A stretch of DNA of 64,000 nt, from the NCBI GenBank assembly GCA_965222605.1, contig OZ244960.1, positions 1,632,001-1,696,000 on the forward strand, written 5' to 3'. The notes beneath the pieces are model-generated. The model was not told where the DNA came from. It saw nothing but the letters and a program-made list of their open reading frames with translations, and ran no database searches. Made by a program: the position numbers and the translations under genes. The DNA is from Candidatus Latescibacterota bacterium. Lineage in GTDB: Bacteria; Latescibacterota; UBA2968. This document shows positions 1 through 9,486 of this stretch, in pieces; the stretch's first letter is position 1; the number at the start of each line of letters is the position of its first letter.

Positions 1-1
1 C

Positions 2-3000
2 ATGCAGCAGGCCATCGTCGAGGCTGCAATGGCCGGGGAACACATTCTGGGGATTCTGCCCACCGGCACCGGCAAGTCACTCTGCTACCAGATCCCTGCC
101 CTGTCCCGCTACGACAAGACCGGTGCTCTCACGGTGGTGATTTCGCCTCTGGTCGCGCTCATGGCGGATCAGGTGGCAGGGCTGGAGGCTCATGGAATCG
201 GCTCATGCGTGGCCATTAATGGATTGCTGTCCATGCCCGAGCGAGCCGATGCGCTGGACCGGGTTCGGCTCGGGGACGCAGGCATCCTCATTATCTCACC
301 TGAGCAACTCCGCAATCATTCCCTGCACAAGGTACTGGACCAACGTGAGATCGGTGCCTGGGTGCTGGACGAGGCCCACTGTCTCTCAAAGTGGGGGCAC
401 GACTTCCGGCCCGATTATCGCTACGTGGGGCGCTTCATTCGCGAAAAGGCGGGACAGAACCCGATCCCGCCGGTGTTATGCCTGACCGCGACCGCCAAAC
501 CTGACGTGATGGCGGACATCAAACAGCATTTTCGGGACGAACTCGGTGTAAGACTGAAGGTTTTCGACGGCGGTTCTCATCGTACCAATCTGGCGTTCAC
601 AGTGGTGCCGACGACCGGGGGAGAGAAGTTCTCGCACATCCACCAGATTCTAATGTCAGACCTTCCGCAGGAGACCCCCGGAGGTGCCATCGTGTATTGC
701 GCGACGCGCCGTCAGACCGAAGAAGTGGCGGAATTCCTGCAGGTCAAAGAGGTCGCGGCAGACTATTTTCACGCGGGGCTACCGCCCGAGAGAAAAAAGA
801 GCGTGCAACAAGGCTTCATCAGCGGCGAGTTGCGCGTGATCGCGGCCACCAATGCCTTTGGCATGGGCATCGACAAGCCGGACGTACGACTGGTAATCCA
901 CGCCGACATCCCGGGATCGCTGGAGAACTACCTACAGGAGACAGGTCGCGCCGGACGTGACCGGCAGATGGCACACTGCATACTGCTCTATGCGACGGAC
1001 GACGTGGAGAGACAGTTCGGCATGTCGGCGCGCTCGCGGCTCACCCGGCGAGAGATTCACGGCGTCCTGAGAGCGCTGCGTAACCTGGATCGGAAGAAGC
1101 GTCTGGACGGCGAGGTCGTGGCCACCGCTGGCGAGATCCTCAGCGAGGACGACGAGAAGGTGTTCGAACGAGACTCGGCCACCGACGATACCCGCGTGCG
1201 AACCGCCATCTCCTGGCTTGAAGAGGCGGTACTGTTGACCCGAAATGAGAACCGGGTTCAGGTGTTTCCTTCATCTCTCCGGGTGAATTCGATGGAGGAA
1301 GCACGCAGTCGGTTGGCGAAGGCGTCCATGACCGACGACTACCGGAGACGGCTGCTCAGAATTGCCGAGACATTGATCGATGCCGATTCCGACGAGGGCA
1401 TCTCCACCGACGAACTGATGGGCGTATCCGGCCTGAGTGCCGAAGGCGTACGCGGTGCTCTGTACGACCTGGAGCGGCTGGGCATCGCCAGCAACGATAC
1501 GGTGCTGACCGCCTTTGTCCACGCGGGAGTGGCGCGTAACTCGCTCAAGCGCTTTGATGAGGCGGCGGAGTTGGAGACCGCCCTGATCGCGCAGATGCGC
1601 GAAGCGGCACCGGATATGGGCAAAGGAGACACCTCAATCCTGCATTTGCGCGTCGCCGCGCAAACTCTGCGAGATGAGGGAGTGGCCGATCCCCTGCCGG
1701 AACGGCTGTGGCGCATTCTCCGCAGCATCGCCGGCGACGGGCGCGGCGAAGGAGGCGACGCTGGCAGCCTCGGGGTACGGCGGCGGGATGCTGAGACGGT
1801 GCAGGTGATGTTGCGACGCGAATGGTCGGATTTGGAGGAGCTCGCGTCGCGTCGGCGTGAGGGGGCGAAGCGCCTGCTGGATCACTTGCTCGCCTGTCTG
1901 CCGCCCGGGAGTCGGGGGACGGATCTTCTGGCCGAGACCACTCTTGGCAAACTACTGGAAGCGATCACGTCCGACCTGTTTCTGAAGAGCAGGAACCCCG
2001 AGAGGTTGCTGCATCACGCCCTGCTATGGCTGCACGATCAAGAGGTCATTCGTCTCAATAAGGGCTTGGCAGTATTCCGTCCGGCCATGACCATCCGGCT
2101 GGAGGAGGAAAATCGTGGCTTTGCCAACGCCGACTTTGCACCACTCGATTTCCACTACAAGGGGCAGGTGCTACAGATCCATGTAATGGTGGAATTCGCG
2201 CAACTGGGCCTCAACAACATGGCTGACGCTCTGCATCTGGCCATTGACTACTTCAGCCTGAATCAGGAAGATTTCCTTCGCCGTTGGCTGCCAGATCGGG
2301 ATAAGGAAATTGCGCGGGAGACCACGCCCGAATCGTGGCGAGCCATCGTCGAAAGCCTGAAGAATCCCATCCAGCAGCGCATCGTCGCGGATGATCGGGA
2401 GCAAACGAACGTGCTGGTGCTCGCCGGTCCCGGCTCCGGCAAGACGCGAGTGCTGGTGCATCGCATCGCCTACCTCGTGCGCGCAAGGCGCGAAAATCCC
2501 CGCGGCATTCTGGCCCTGGCCTACAATCGACACGCAGCGGTCGAGATCCGGCGACGCCTCATAGATTTGATCGGCGACGACGCCCGCGGGATAACCGTGC
2601 TCACCTGTCACGCGCTGGCTATGCGACTGGTCGGTGTCAGCTTTCAAGAGCGAGAACGGCTGCTCGACGACGATGCATTCCGAGAGGTTTTGCGCCAGGC
2701 AGTGGCACTGCTGCGCGGTGAGGGGCTGGAGCCGGAGGAAGCGGACGATCAGCGGGAACGGCTTCTCGCGGGTTTCCGCTGGATCCTGGTGGACGAATAC
2801 CAGGACATTGGCGCAGATCAATACGAGTTGATATCAGCCCTGGCCGGACGGACCCTACAAGATGAGGATCGCAAGCTCACCCTCTTCGCAGTAGGCGACG
2901 ACGATCAGAACATCTATGCCTTCAATGGTGCTTCGGTGGAGTTCATCCGTCGTTTCGAGGCGGATTACGGGCCGAAGCCCACCTACCTGACCGACAACTA

Positions 3001-4288
3001 CCGTTCCACCGGCCACATCATCGCAACGGCCAACGCGCTGATCAACCCGGCGCGACAACGGATGAAGACCGGACATCCCATCCGCATTGACCGGGCGCGT
3101 GCGAAGAATCCGCTCGGTGGCGACTGGGATGCGCTGGACCCGATCGCTCGCGGTCGAGTCCAGATTCTGTCCGCCTGGCGCGACCCTATCTCGCAAGCGC
3201 AGGTCGCCATGACAGAGTTACAGCGCCTCGCCGGACTCTCGCCGAATTGGGATTGGTCCACCTGTGCGGTAATCGCACGCGAGTGGAAATATCTGGATCC
3301 GGTACGTGCGTTCTGCGAAGTCCACCGCATCCCGGTACAGATGGGGAACGAAGAAATCCCGAGCTTCTGGCACCTGCGGGAAACCCGGGAATTTGTTGAA
3401 TGGCTACGTGGACGAGATACCCGCCTGGTAGAAAGTGCGGATTTGGCCGATTGGGTAGATGCACATCCCCCAGGACCCTGGATTGAGCTACTGCGGCAAG
3501 CCCTGGACGAGCACGCTCTGGAAACTGGCGGCGCAGAAGTGCCGGTGGATCACTTCATTGAGTGGTTAGCCGAGTGGGGGCGAGATATACGTCGCCGCCA
3601 GCGTGGGCTCTTGCTCTTGACCGCACACCGCGCCAAGGGATTGGAGTTTGATCATATAGCGGTACTAGACGGAAGCTGGAACAAAATAGATAGGGGCGAA
3701 GACCCGGACGCACCGCGCAGGCTCTACTACGTGGCCATGACGCGCGCCCGACAAACTCTCGCGCTCGTGCGTTTTCAAGGATCGCGATCAGCAGGAGGTA
3801 CACGACCAGATTTCGTAATGGAGTCTGAACCCCCGGTGTACGGACGCTTGCACTCGCTACCGTATGCCTTTCCAAACAACGGCTCGATTCTACACCGCAC
3901 ATCCGGTGACTTGCAGCCGGAAACTCTGGAACTCGCACGTCAATATCGGCGGCCCAGTCTGCGCGAGATCAATCTGGGATTCGCAGGGCGTTACTACACC
4001 AACCATCCAGTGCATCGTGCAATAGCCGCTCTGTCGCCGGGCGATCCGATAGAGACGCGGATTGCCAAAACTGGCTCCTGGGAATTGCTGAACCAGTCAG
4101 GGATGGTGGTGGGGCGTCTTGCCCAGGCGTTTGAACCTCCACCGGGAATGCGGTGCAAGTCTGCTGCAGTCTTCGCCGTCGTGGATTGGAGCCGCGAAGC
4201 ATCGGAGCCTCAGTACCGCGACCACGCGAAATGCGATGCCTGGGAGGTTGTGGTGCCAGAACTGGTATTCGAGCCGGAGCACGAGTAG
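2..4288 (+). CDS. RecQ-family (SF2) helicase fused to a UvrD/Rep-family (SF1) helicase; probably 5'-truncated by the window edge
   Basis: RecQ motifs LPTGTGKSLCYQ, SPLVALMADQ, LDEAHCLSKWGHDFRPDY, ATNAFGMGIDKPDVR, QETGRAGRD. UvrD motifs LAGPGSGKT, VDEYQD, VGDDDQNIY, NYRS, TAHRAKGLEFD, YVAMTRA. Confidence 0.92.
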   Translation: MQQAIVEAAMAGEHILGILPTGTGKSLCYQIPALSRYDKTGALTVVISPLVALMADQVAGLEAHGIGSCVAINGLLSMPERADALDRVRLGDAGILIISPEQLRNHSLHKVLDQREIGAWVLDEAHCLSKWGHDFRPDYRYVGRFIREKAGQNPIPPVLCLTATAKPDVMADIKQHFRDELGVRLKVFDGGSHRTNLAFTVVPTTGGEKFSHIHQILMSDLPQETPGGAIVYCATRRQTEEVAEFLQVKEVAADYFHAGLPPERKKSVQQGFISGELRVIAATNAFGMGIDKPDVRLVIHADIPGSLENYLQETGRAGRDRQMAHCILLYATDDVERQFGMSARSRLTRREIHGVLRALRNLDRKKRLDGEVVATAGEILSEDDEKVFERDSATDDTRVRTAISWLEEAVLLTRNENRVQVFPSSLRVNSMEEARSRLAKASMTDDYRRRLLRIAETLIDADSDEGISTDELMGVSGLSAEGVRGALYDLERLGIASNDTVLTAFVHAGVARNSLKRFDEAAELETALIAQMREAAPDMGKGDTSILHLRVAAQTLRDEGVADPLPERLWRILRSIAGDGRGEGGDAGSLGVRRRDAETVQVMLRREWSDLEELASRRREGAKRLLDHLLACLPPGSRGTDLLAETTLGKLLEAITSDLFLKSRNPERLLHHALLWLHDQEVIRLNKGLAVFRPAMTIRLEEENRGFANADFAPLDFHYKGQVLQIHVMVEFAQLGLNNMADALHLAIDYFSLNQEDFLRRWLPDRDKEIARETTPESWRAIVESLKNPIQQRIVADDREQTNVLVLAGPGSGKTRVLVHRIAYLVRARRENPRGILALAYNRHAAVEIRRRLIDLIGDDARGITVLTCHALAMRLVGVSFQERERLLDDDAFREVLRQAVALLRGEGLEPEEADDQRERLLAGFRWILVDEYQDIGADQYELISALAGRTLQDEDRKLTLFAVGDDDQNIYAFNGASVEFIRRFEADYGPKPTYLTDNYRSTGHIIATANALINPARQRMKTGHPIRIDRARAKNPLGGDWDALDPIARGRVQILSAWRDPISQAQVAMTELQRLAGLSPNWDWSTCAVIAREWKYLDPVRAFCEVHRIPVQMGNEEIPSFWHLRETREFVEWLRGRDTRLVESADLADWVDAHPPGPWIELLRQALDEHALETGGAEVPVDHFIEWLAEWGRDIRRRQRGLLLLTAHRAKGLEFDHIAVLDGSWNKIDRGEDPDAPRRLYYVAMTRARQTLALVRFQGSRSAGGTRPDFVMESEPPVYGRLHSLPYAFPNNGSILHRTSGDLQPETLELARQYRRPSLREINLGFAGRYYTNHPVHRAIAALSPGDPIETRIAKTGSWELLNQSGMVVGRLAQAFEPPPGMRCKSAAVFAVVDWSREASEPQYRDHAKCDAWEVVVPELVFEPEHE

Positions 4289-4319
4289 CACATCAAAATC
4301 TGTTTACTCAGAATTTTTC

Positions 4320-4348
4320 TTGATGATTTGGCGTCTTAATGGTACACT
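4320..4348 (+). promoter_or_regulatory. Putative sigma70 promoter of the TA pair
   Basis: TTGATG-N17-TACACT, followed by RBS GGAGGT at 4375-4380 before the TTG start. Confidence 0.5.
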
Positions 4349-4388
4349 TTATACGTGATGTGTGACTTCAAATTGGAGGTAAAGAAGA

Positions 4389-4631
4389 TTGGCCAGCATG
4401 ACAATACGTAATCTTAGCGACGACATTAAGCAGCGTCTGCGCATCCAGGCGGCTGAGCATGGCCACTCAATGGAAGAGGAAGCGCGGATAATTTTGCGTG
4501 CTGCGCTTATTGATCACACGCCTCCCATCAATTTAGCACGCGCTATACACGATCGATTCGCGCCCCTGGGAGGTGTGGAACTGGATATACCGCCGCGCGA
4601 GCCGATGCGCGCCCCACCCCGATTCGGTTGA
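4389..4631 (+). CDS. FitA-like ribbon-helix-helix antitoxin
   Basis: MASMTIRNL..LRIQAAEHGHSMEEEARIIL pattern; lies directly upstream of a PIN toxin. Confidence 0.88.
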   Translation: MASMTIRNLSDDIKQRLRIQAAEHGHSMEEEARIILRAALIDHTPPINLARAIHDRFAPLGGVELDIPPREPMRAPPRFG

Positions 4632-4641
4632 GTTATCGAAT

Positions 4642-5094
4642 ATGATCCTACTCGATACCAACGTTGTCTCGGAGTTGATGCGCTCCAAGCCCGATCCCGG
4701 CGTGAAGATGTGGCTTGCTAAACAGGACACCGCAAATGTCTTCATCTCGGTGATCACAGAGGCCGAGCTACGGTACGGCGTCGCTATTCTGCCAATGGGT
4801 CGGCGGCGAGATCAGATCGCAGCCGAAGTCGAAAATATGCTCAAGGAAGATTTTGCACGACGCATTCTACCTTTTGACAGTAAGGCATCACCCATCTATG
4901 CTGAGATTGGTGCTGGTCGCCGGGCCGCTGGCCTGCCGATCAGCCACGCGGACTGCCAAATAGCAGCTATCGCCCGTTGTCGCGGGGCGGCCATCGCTAC
5001 TCGCAATGTCGGGCATTTCGAGCACTGTGGCATTGAGGTAATCAACCCTTGGACCGCTCTTACAGGTCTTCAGTCAGAGAGTACAGAGACATGA
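4642..5094 (+). CDS. vapC: VapC/FitB PIN-domain toxin
   Basis: MILLDTNVVSE...DCQIAAIA...ATRNV.HF...INPW. Start moved to ATG 4642. Confidence 0.92.
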   Translation: MILLDTNVVSELMRSKPDPGVKMWLAKQDTANVFISVITEAELRYGVAILPMGRRRDQIAAEVENMLKEDFARRILPFDSKASPIYAEIGAGRRAAGLPISHADCQIAAIARCRGAAIATRNVGHFEHCGIEVINPWTALTGLQSESTET

Positions 5095-5129
5095 GCACTG
5101 TAGGACAACGGGAGATCAAGACGGAATAA
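5091..5129 (+). pseudogene. 5' stub of a type I restriction subunit HsdR gene
   Basis: ATGA-coupled 12-codon ORF MSTVGQREIKTE resembles the MSxVGQxExxTQ N-terminus of type I HsdR proteins (from recall). Confidence 0.55.
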
Positions 5130-5132
5130 GCT

Positions 5133-5357
5133 ATGGCGAGCCAAATTCACGTTAGTTCTAAGGCGGTTCAAGTCCCTGAGATAGCTTCTGAGCTTGATAA
5201 CACAACAGGCATGCCCTCAAGCACTGCTATCATCTGGCAAGAATGGACACAAAAACGCGCCCAAGACGCGCCGACTCTTGAACAGGTACAAGCAATCACC
5301 AAAAAAGTTAAACTCAATGTGACACAAACCATCTTGGAAGAACGTCGGAAATCGTAA
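5133..5357 (+). CDS. Small hypothetical protein, possible orphan antitoxin
   Basis: 74-aa ORF in a TA-rich context; its C-terminus (..TILEERRKS) resembles VapB-type antitoxin tails. Confidence 0.4.
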   Translation: MASQIHVSSKAVQVPEIASELDNTTGMPSSTAIIWQEWTQKRAQDAPTLEQVQAITKKVKLNVTQTILEERRKS

Positions 5358-5406
5358 TGTCGTCGTATGATCCTGAAAATCCTTTTCCCTAATTAAAAAA
5401 TAGGAG

Positions 5407-6306
5407 TTGCTCATGGGACCTAATGGCCTTCAAGCCACCATTGAGAAATTGCAAGACAAGATTAGGACACATTACTTTTACCTCCATAACATTGAAACAG
5501 CCGTTCGGCAAGTGCTGATTGATCCTCTGTTATTGGCGTTAGAGTGGGATGTTTCGGATCCAGAGCAAGTCCGGTTAGAGTGTCCCATAGGAAATGGACG
5601 ACAAGCCGACTACGTCCTGGTGTCAAACAATAAACCTGTAGCCGTGATTGAAGCGAAAAGTTTACGCAATAGCCCATTGGATGCAATCATTACGGACGCT
5701 CGCGTTTACGCAGATACTCTTGGTACTAAATATATGGTTATTACCAATGGCGGGGAATGGCGAATGTACGACGTTTCCGCCCAGCCACCAACCATACTCA
5801 TGTGGTTCTTGATAACTCAAACGCCAGTTCTGGAGAGCTCGTTGCAAGCATTGCGGATGTGGAAACCAAATCTTGCTTCCGGTAATCCCGCTCCCGCCAG
5901 TACGTCTCCGCCAGCATGGGTTTCGCTGACAATTTCCATAAACATAACCAGTCATAATTCCAGCCCTGTGCTCATCAGATTTCGTGATGGACACACTGAA
6001 AATATCAGCTCATCTTCCGCCGCGCGAGATATTCTAATAAAAACAGCGAAGTGGCTCACAAATAATGGCTATCTAACATCTGCAAACGCTCAGTTACTAT
6101 ACCCATGGACAAAAAAGGGACCCTGGTATATTTCCAACACACAGCCACAGCATCCTTGTGGCCAAGAGTTTTCAAACTCTCAATTAGTAGGTGATGGTGT
6201 GTACATCGAAAAAGATTGGGATCCTGAAGAGCGTATAGTCGCCGCGAGGGCACTTCTTGAACATTGTGGGGTGGATCCAGACACAGTCCAAGTCAGTTTT
6301 GAATAG
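5407..6306 (+). CDS. HsdR N-terminal-like PD-(D/E)xK nuclease with a C-terminal accessory domain
   Basis: ETAVRQVLIDPLL.AL.WD, ADYVL, IEAKSL, ITNG.EW motifs; RBS AGGAG. Confidence 0.8.
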   Translation: MLMGPNGLQATIEKLQDKIRTHYFYLHNIETAVRQVLIDPLLLALEWDVSDPEQVRLECPIGNGRQADYVLVSNNKPVAVIEAKSLRNSPLDAIITDARVYADTLGTKYMVITNGGEWRMYDVSAQPPTILMWFLITQTPVLESSLQALRMWKPNLASGNPAPASTSPPAWVSLTISINITSHNSSPVLIRFRDGHTENISSSSAARDILIKTAKWLTNNGYLTSANAQLLYPWTKKGPWYISNTQPQHPCGQEFSNSQLVGDGVYIEKDWDPEERIVAARALLEHCGVDPDTVQVSFE

Positions 6307-6312
6307 GAAATC

Positions 6313-6519
6313 ATGAAAGGAAGAGAATTTGTCAGGCGTGCCAGACGCTATGCGAGAGAGACAGGTGAGGAGTTCCGATTTGATCGACGCCGCGGCAAGG
6401 GCAGCCATGGTACACTCTACCTCGGCAATCACCACACAATGGTTAAGCACGGCGAAATTTCCAAAGGCGTTTTGGCAACCATGCTCAAACACCTCGGCAT
6501 TGACAGGAAGGAGTTCTGA
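6313..6519 (+). CDS. hicA: HicA toxin
   Basis: 68 aa with GKGSH motif and EI.KG.L..MLK.LG tail; upstream of HicB. Confidence 0.88.
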   Translation: MKGREFVRRARRYARETGEEFRFDRRRGKGSHGTLYLGNHHTMVKHGEISKGVLATMLKHLGIDRKEF

Positions 6520-6522
6520 TTC

Positions 6523-6957
6523 ATGCAATACGCTTATCCATGCAATCTGATTCCCGACCACGAAGAGGGCGAGGGATTCATCGTGACCTTCCCAGACGTA
6601 CCCGGAGCCATAACGGGGGCGCAAACCAGGGAAGAATCTCTTTTCTTAGCCGAAGACGCCCTCGTTGCCATGCTCGCTGTGTACGTCCAACAGCAACGAG
6701 AAATCCCAAGGCCAAGCCCTGTTGCCGACGATCAGGAACTCGTCGCAGTCCCGCCTATCGCCGCCGCCAAGCTGGCTCTCTATACGGCCATGCGCGAGCA
6801 AAGAATCACTGGGGACGCGCTCGCCGTTCGTCTAAACCTGAGCGATTCTGCCATACGTAAGTTGCTCGACCCGGACTGCTACTCTCATATCAGTCAGATC
6901 ATGAAAGCACTCCGAAATGTCGGGCGCAGCCTGGTCATAGAAGACAGAGCGGCGTAA
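6523..6957 (+). CDS. hicB: HicB antitoxin with C-terminal HTH
   Basis: F.VTFPDVPGAIT...EES...AEDAL and AAKLALY..MR motifs. Confidence 0.9.
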   Translation: MQYAYPCNLIPDHEEGEGFIVTFPDVPGAITGAQTREESLFLAEDALVAMLAVYVQQQREIPRPSPVADDQELVAVPPIAAAKLALYTAMREQRITGDALAVRLNLSDSAIRKLLDPDCYSHISQIMKALRNVGRSLVIEDRAA

Positions 6958-6990
6958 TCGCCCATGATTTTTGTAGTGTAAAAAACTTTC

Positions 6991-7083
6991 TGGATTGCGG
7001 CTTTAAGCCTGCCGCAATGACAAAGACACGAGCCTGCCCCGTAATGCCTGCCCCTGCCTGCTTTAAGCAGGGGCCGCGATGAC
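6991..7083. repeat. Composite REP-like palindrome cluster
   Basis: Hairpin ATTGCGGC/GCCGCAAT in a TGGATT...AATGAC frame; GCCTGCCCC twice; hairpin CTGCTT/AAGCAG; second GCCGCGATGAC. Confidence 0.6.
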
Positions 7084-7131
7084 GGCTTTCAGATTCAGCA
7101 CATGTAATAAAATAAACAACAGGAGTGCCAT

Positions 7132-7923
7132 GTGAGCGCACCACCAATTCCAGAACGTCCACCCATCCCGGGAGTCAAACACATCGTCGCAATCGCCAGT
7201 GGCAAAGGCGGCGTGGGCAAAACGACGACCGCGTCAAATTTGGCTGTGGCAATGGCACAGTCGGGTCACGCGGTGGGATTGATGGATGCGGATATTTACG
7301 GTCCCAATGTACCGATCATGATGGGCAGCAAAGCACAACCGCAAATGACACCAGAGCAAAAAATTGAACCACTTGAGCGGTACGGTGTAAAAATGGTATC
7401 TTTGGGACTGATCGCCGGCGATGGCGTACCCATTATCTGGCGCGGGCCGATGTTGGCAAAAATGGTAACCCAATTTGTGCGCGATGTGGCCTGGGCACCG
7501 CTCGACTGTCTGGTCATCGACTTGCCCCCAGGCACCGGCGATGTGCAGTTGACTCTGACCCAATCGACCCCTTTGGATGGCGCTGTCATTGTGACAACAC
7601 CCCCTCTGGTCGCCCTGGAGGATGTGCGACGCGGCGTCGAAATGTTTCATACCGTTGAAGTACCCGTACTGGGTGTAATCGAAAACATGAGCACTTATAT
7701 ATGTAGCAAGTGCGGCACAGAAACGCCGATCTTTGGTCAGGGGGGGGGTGAGCGCATGGCAAAAGCCTATCACATCCCGTTTTTGGGCGCGATTCCCCTG
7801 CATCTACAGGTACAAATGGGAAGTGACGCGGGAGAGCCGATTGTGGCCTCTGATCCCGACTCGCCTCTAACAAAAATATACCACGATATCGCCGATAGCA
7901 TCTGGCGATCTCTGGAAATGTGA
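7132..7923 (+). CDS. apbC: Mrp/NBP35 (ApbC) Fe-S cluster carrier ATPase
   Basis: ASGKGGVGKTT, DADIYGP, WRGPM, DLPPGTGD, IENMS..CxxC. Confidence 0.93.
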   Translation: MSAPPIPERPPIPGVKHIVAIASGKGGVGKTTTASNLAVAMAQSGHAVGLMDADIYGPNVPIMMGSKAQPQMTPEQKIEPLERYGVKMVSLGLIAGDGVPIIWRGPMLAKMVTQFVRDVAWAPLDCLVIDLPPGTGDVQLTLTQSTPLDGAVIVTTPPLVALEDVRRGVEMFHTVEVPVLGVIENMSTYICSKCGTETPIFGQGGGERMAKAYHIPFLGAIPLHLQVQMGSDAGEPIVASDPDSPLTKIYHDIADSIWRSLEM

Positions 7924-7949
7924 AAACTGCATCCACAATCGCGTATCAT

Positions 7950-7990
7950 AAAAAGGTGGTCGTTATGCGAGCGCCTTTTTTTCTTTCTTT
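7950..7990 (+). terminator. Intrinsic terminator after apbC
   Basis: AAAAAGGTG..TCG/CGA..CGCCTTTTT imperfect stem followed by a T-rich run. Confidence 0.6.
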
Positions 7991-8105
7991 CTTGAAAACT
8001 ACACATTCGTTCAGTATATTTACTGCTGATTTCCGAAACCAGTCTTCCCGTTGGTGCGTCAAAGGTCTTGTAGATTTCAGGCATATTCCAACCTGTGAGG
8101 AATAA

Positions 8106-9329
8106 ATGATGTTGCAGCGTATATCGGTTATACTTGGGATTCTGATTGCTCTTTGGGCGTTTTCCGGTTGCAGTGAGGAAGCTACTGCTGACAAGGCATC
8201 TTCTGATAGCACCGCAAAGACCAGTTCGGCCAAGGCTGATTCAACCAGGGCTGATTCTGCCAAAGTTGCCAAGAATCGCAAACGCAAAAAACCGACCCCA
8301 AAGGCCAAAAATCAAAAGCCGAGAGTCGCCGAAGGGGTCCCCGTAAAAGTATCTGTCGTGGAAACGGGCAAAATTTCCCAGCATGTACTCTACAGTGCCA
8401 CAGTAGAAGCTGAGGAGACCATCGACATTTATGCGCGAGGCTCCGGGTTGGTGCGGCGCGTACTGGTCGAAGAAGGGGCGCAGGTGCGCGAGGGCCAGGT
8501 AATGGTTGAGCTGGTTGACGACGAGTTAAAGCTCAACGAGGCCGAGGCGAAATTGGCGCATCAAAAGCTGGAAGGCCAACTCAGGCGAAAAGAGGAGTTA
8601 TTTAATCGACAACTTTTGGCAAAAGAAGAATACGAGGACCTCAAGATCAATGTTGAACAGAGCAAAATTCGGTGGGAACGCGCCCGGCTATCCCTCGATT
8701 ATGCGCGCGTGCGTGCGCCGGTAAGCGGAGTCATCTCAAAACGCTCGGTCAAGCTGGGCGACCGCATTGGGGCCAGTACAAAGCTCTACGAAATGGTCAA
8801 CTTGAGTCGCTTGATCGCCTATGTACACGTACCGGGGCAGGGCATGCACAATTTGGCAGTTGGACAGCCCGCACTCGTGACAACAGATTTTTTGCCCGGA
8901 ACAAACTTTCAAGGAAAGATATTGCGTATCAGCCCCGTAGTCGATCCCGGGTCGGGCACGTTTAAAGTAACTCTGGAACTGAAATCAAAGAATCGGCTGC
9001 TGCGGCCCGGCATGTTCATCAATGCACACATCGTCACAGCAACCCACCCCAGGGCCGTGCTCGTACCCAAACGGGCTGTGGTGTACGACGATGGCATGCC
9101 ACATGTATTCGTCGTGTCGGACAGCACGGTCAACAAAATCCGCTTTGAAATGGGTTTTGACGACACCGAATTTGTCGAGGTGCTCGCGGGTGTGAAAAAA
9201 GGCGATCAGATTGTGGTAGTAGGGCAAAATGGTTTGAAGGATAAAGCCAAAGTACGGATCATCGAAGGTGAGGGGTTACGCATTCCCGCGAAGCCAGATT
9301 CAACTCGGGAACAAGCAGAAAAGACGTGA
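8106..9329 (+). CDS. RND efflux periplasmic adaptor (MFP), probable lipoprotein
   Basis: Lipobox-like FSGC; V.EG..V.EGQ lipoyl half, VRAPVSGVI, LRPGMF. Confidence 0.92.
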   Translation: MMLQRISVILGILIALWAFSGCSEEATADKASSDSTAKTSSAKADSTRADSAKVAKNRKRKKPTPKAKNQKPRVAEGVPVKVSVVETGKISQHVLYSATVEAEETIDIYARGSGLVRRVLVEEGAQVREGQVMVELVDDELKLNEAEAKLAHQKLEGQLRRKEELFNRQLLAKEEYEDLKINVEQSKIRWERARLSLDYARVRAPVSGVISKRSVKLGDRIGASTKLYEMVNLSRLIAYVHVPGQGMHNLAVGQPALVTTDFLPGTNFQGKILRISPVVDPGSGTFKVTLELKSKNRLLRPGMFINAHIVTATHPRAVLVPKRAVVYDDGMPHVFVVSDSTVNKIRFEMGFDDTEFVEVLAGVKKGDQIVVVGQNGLKDKAKVRIIEGEGLRIPAKPDSTREQAEKT

Positions 9330-9486
9330 TGAGAGATTTATTGTTCGCGGCATAGGTTCGTGGCTGACGCAATCGCCGTCCCATGAACCTGTGTTGCCTG
9401 TCGTTGTGTGAAAATAGCGAATCGCAGACTTTTAATATGTGGGCGGTTCGCTGATTTTTTATGCGGAGCGATACATGGAGAACAAT

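Noticed and set aside
7740-7748. G9 homopolymer as a phase-variation tract
   Set aside because: It encodes an in-frame Gly run in the conserved FG.GGG motif of Mrp; the ORF is intact.
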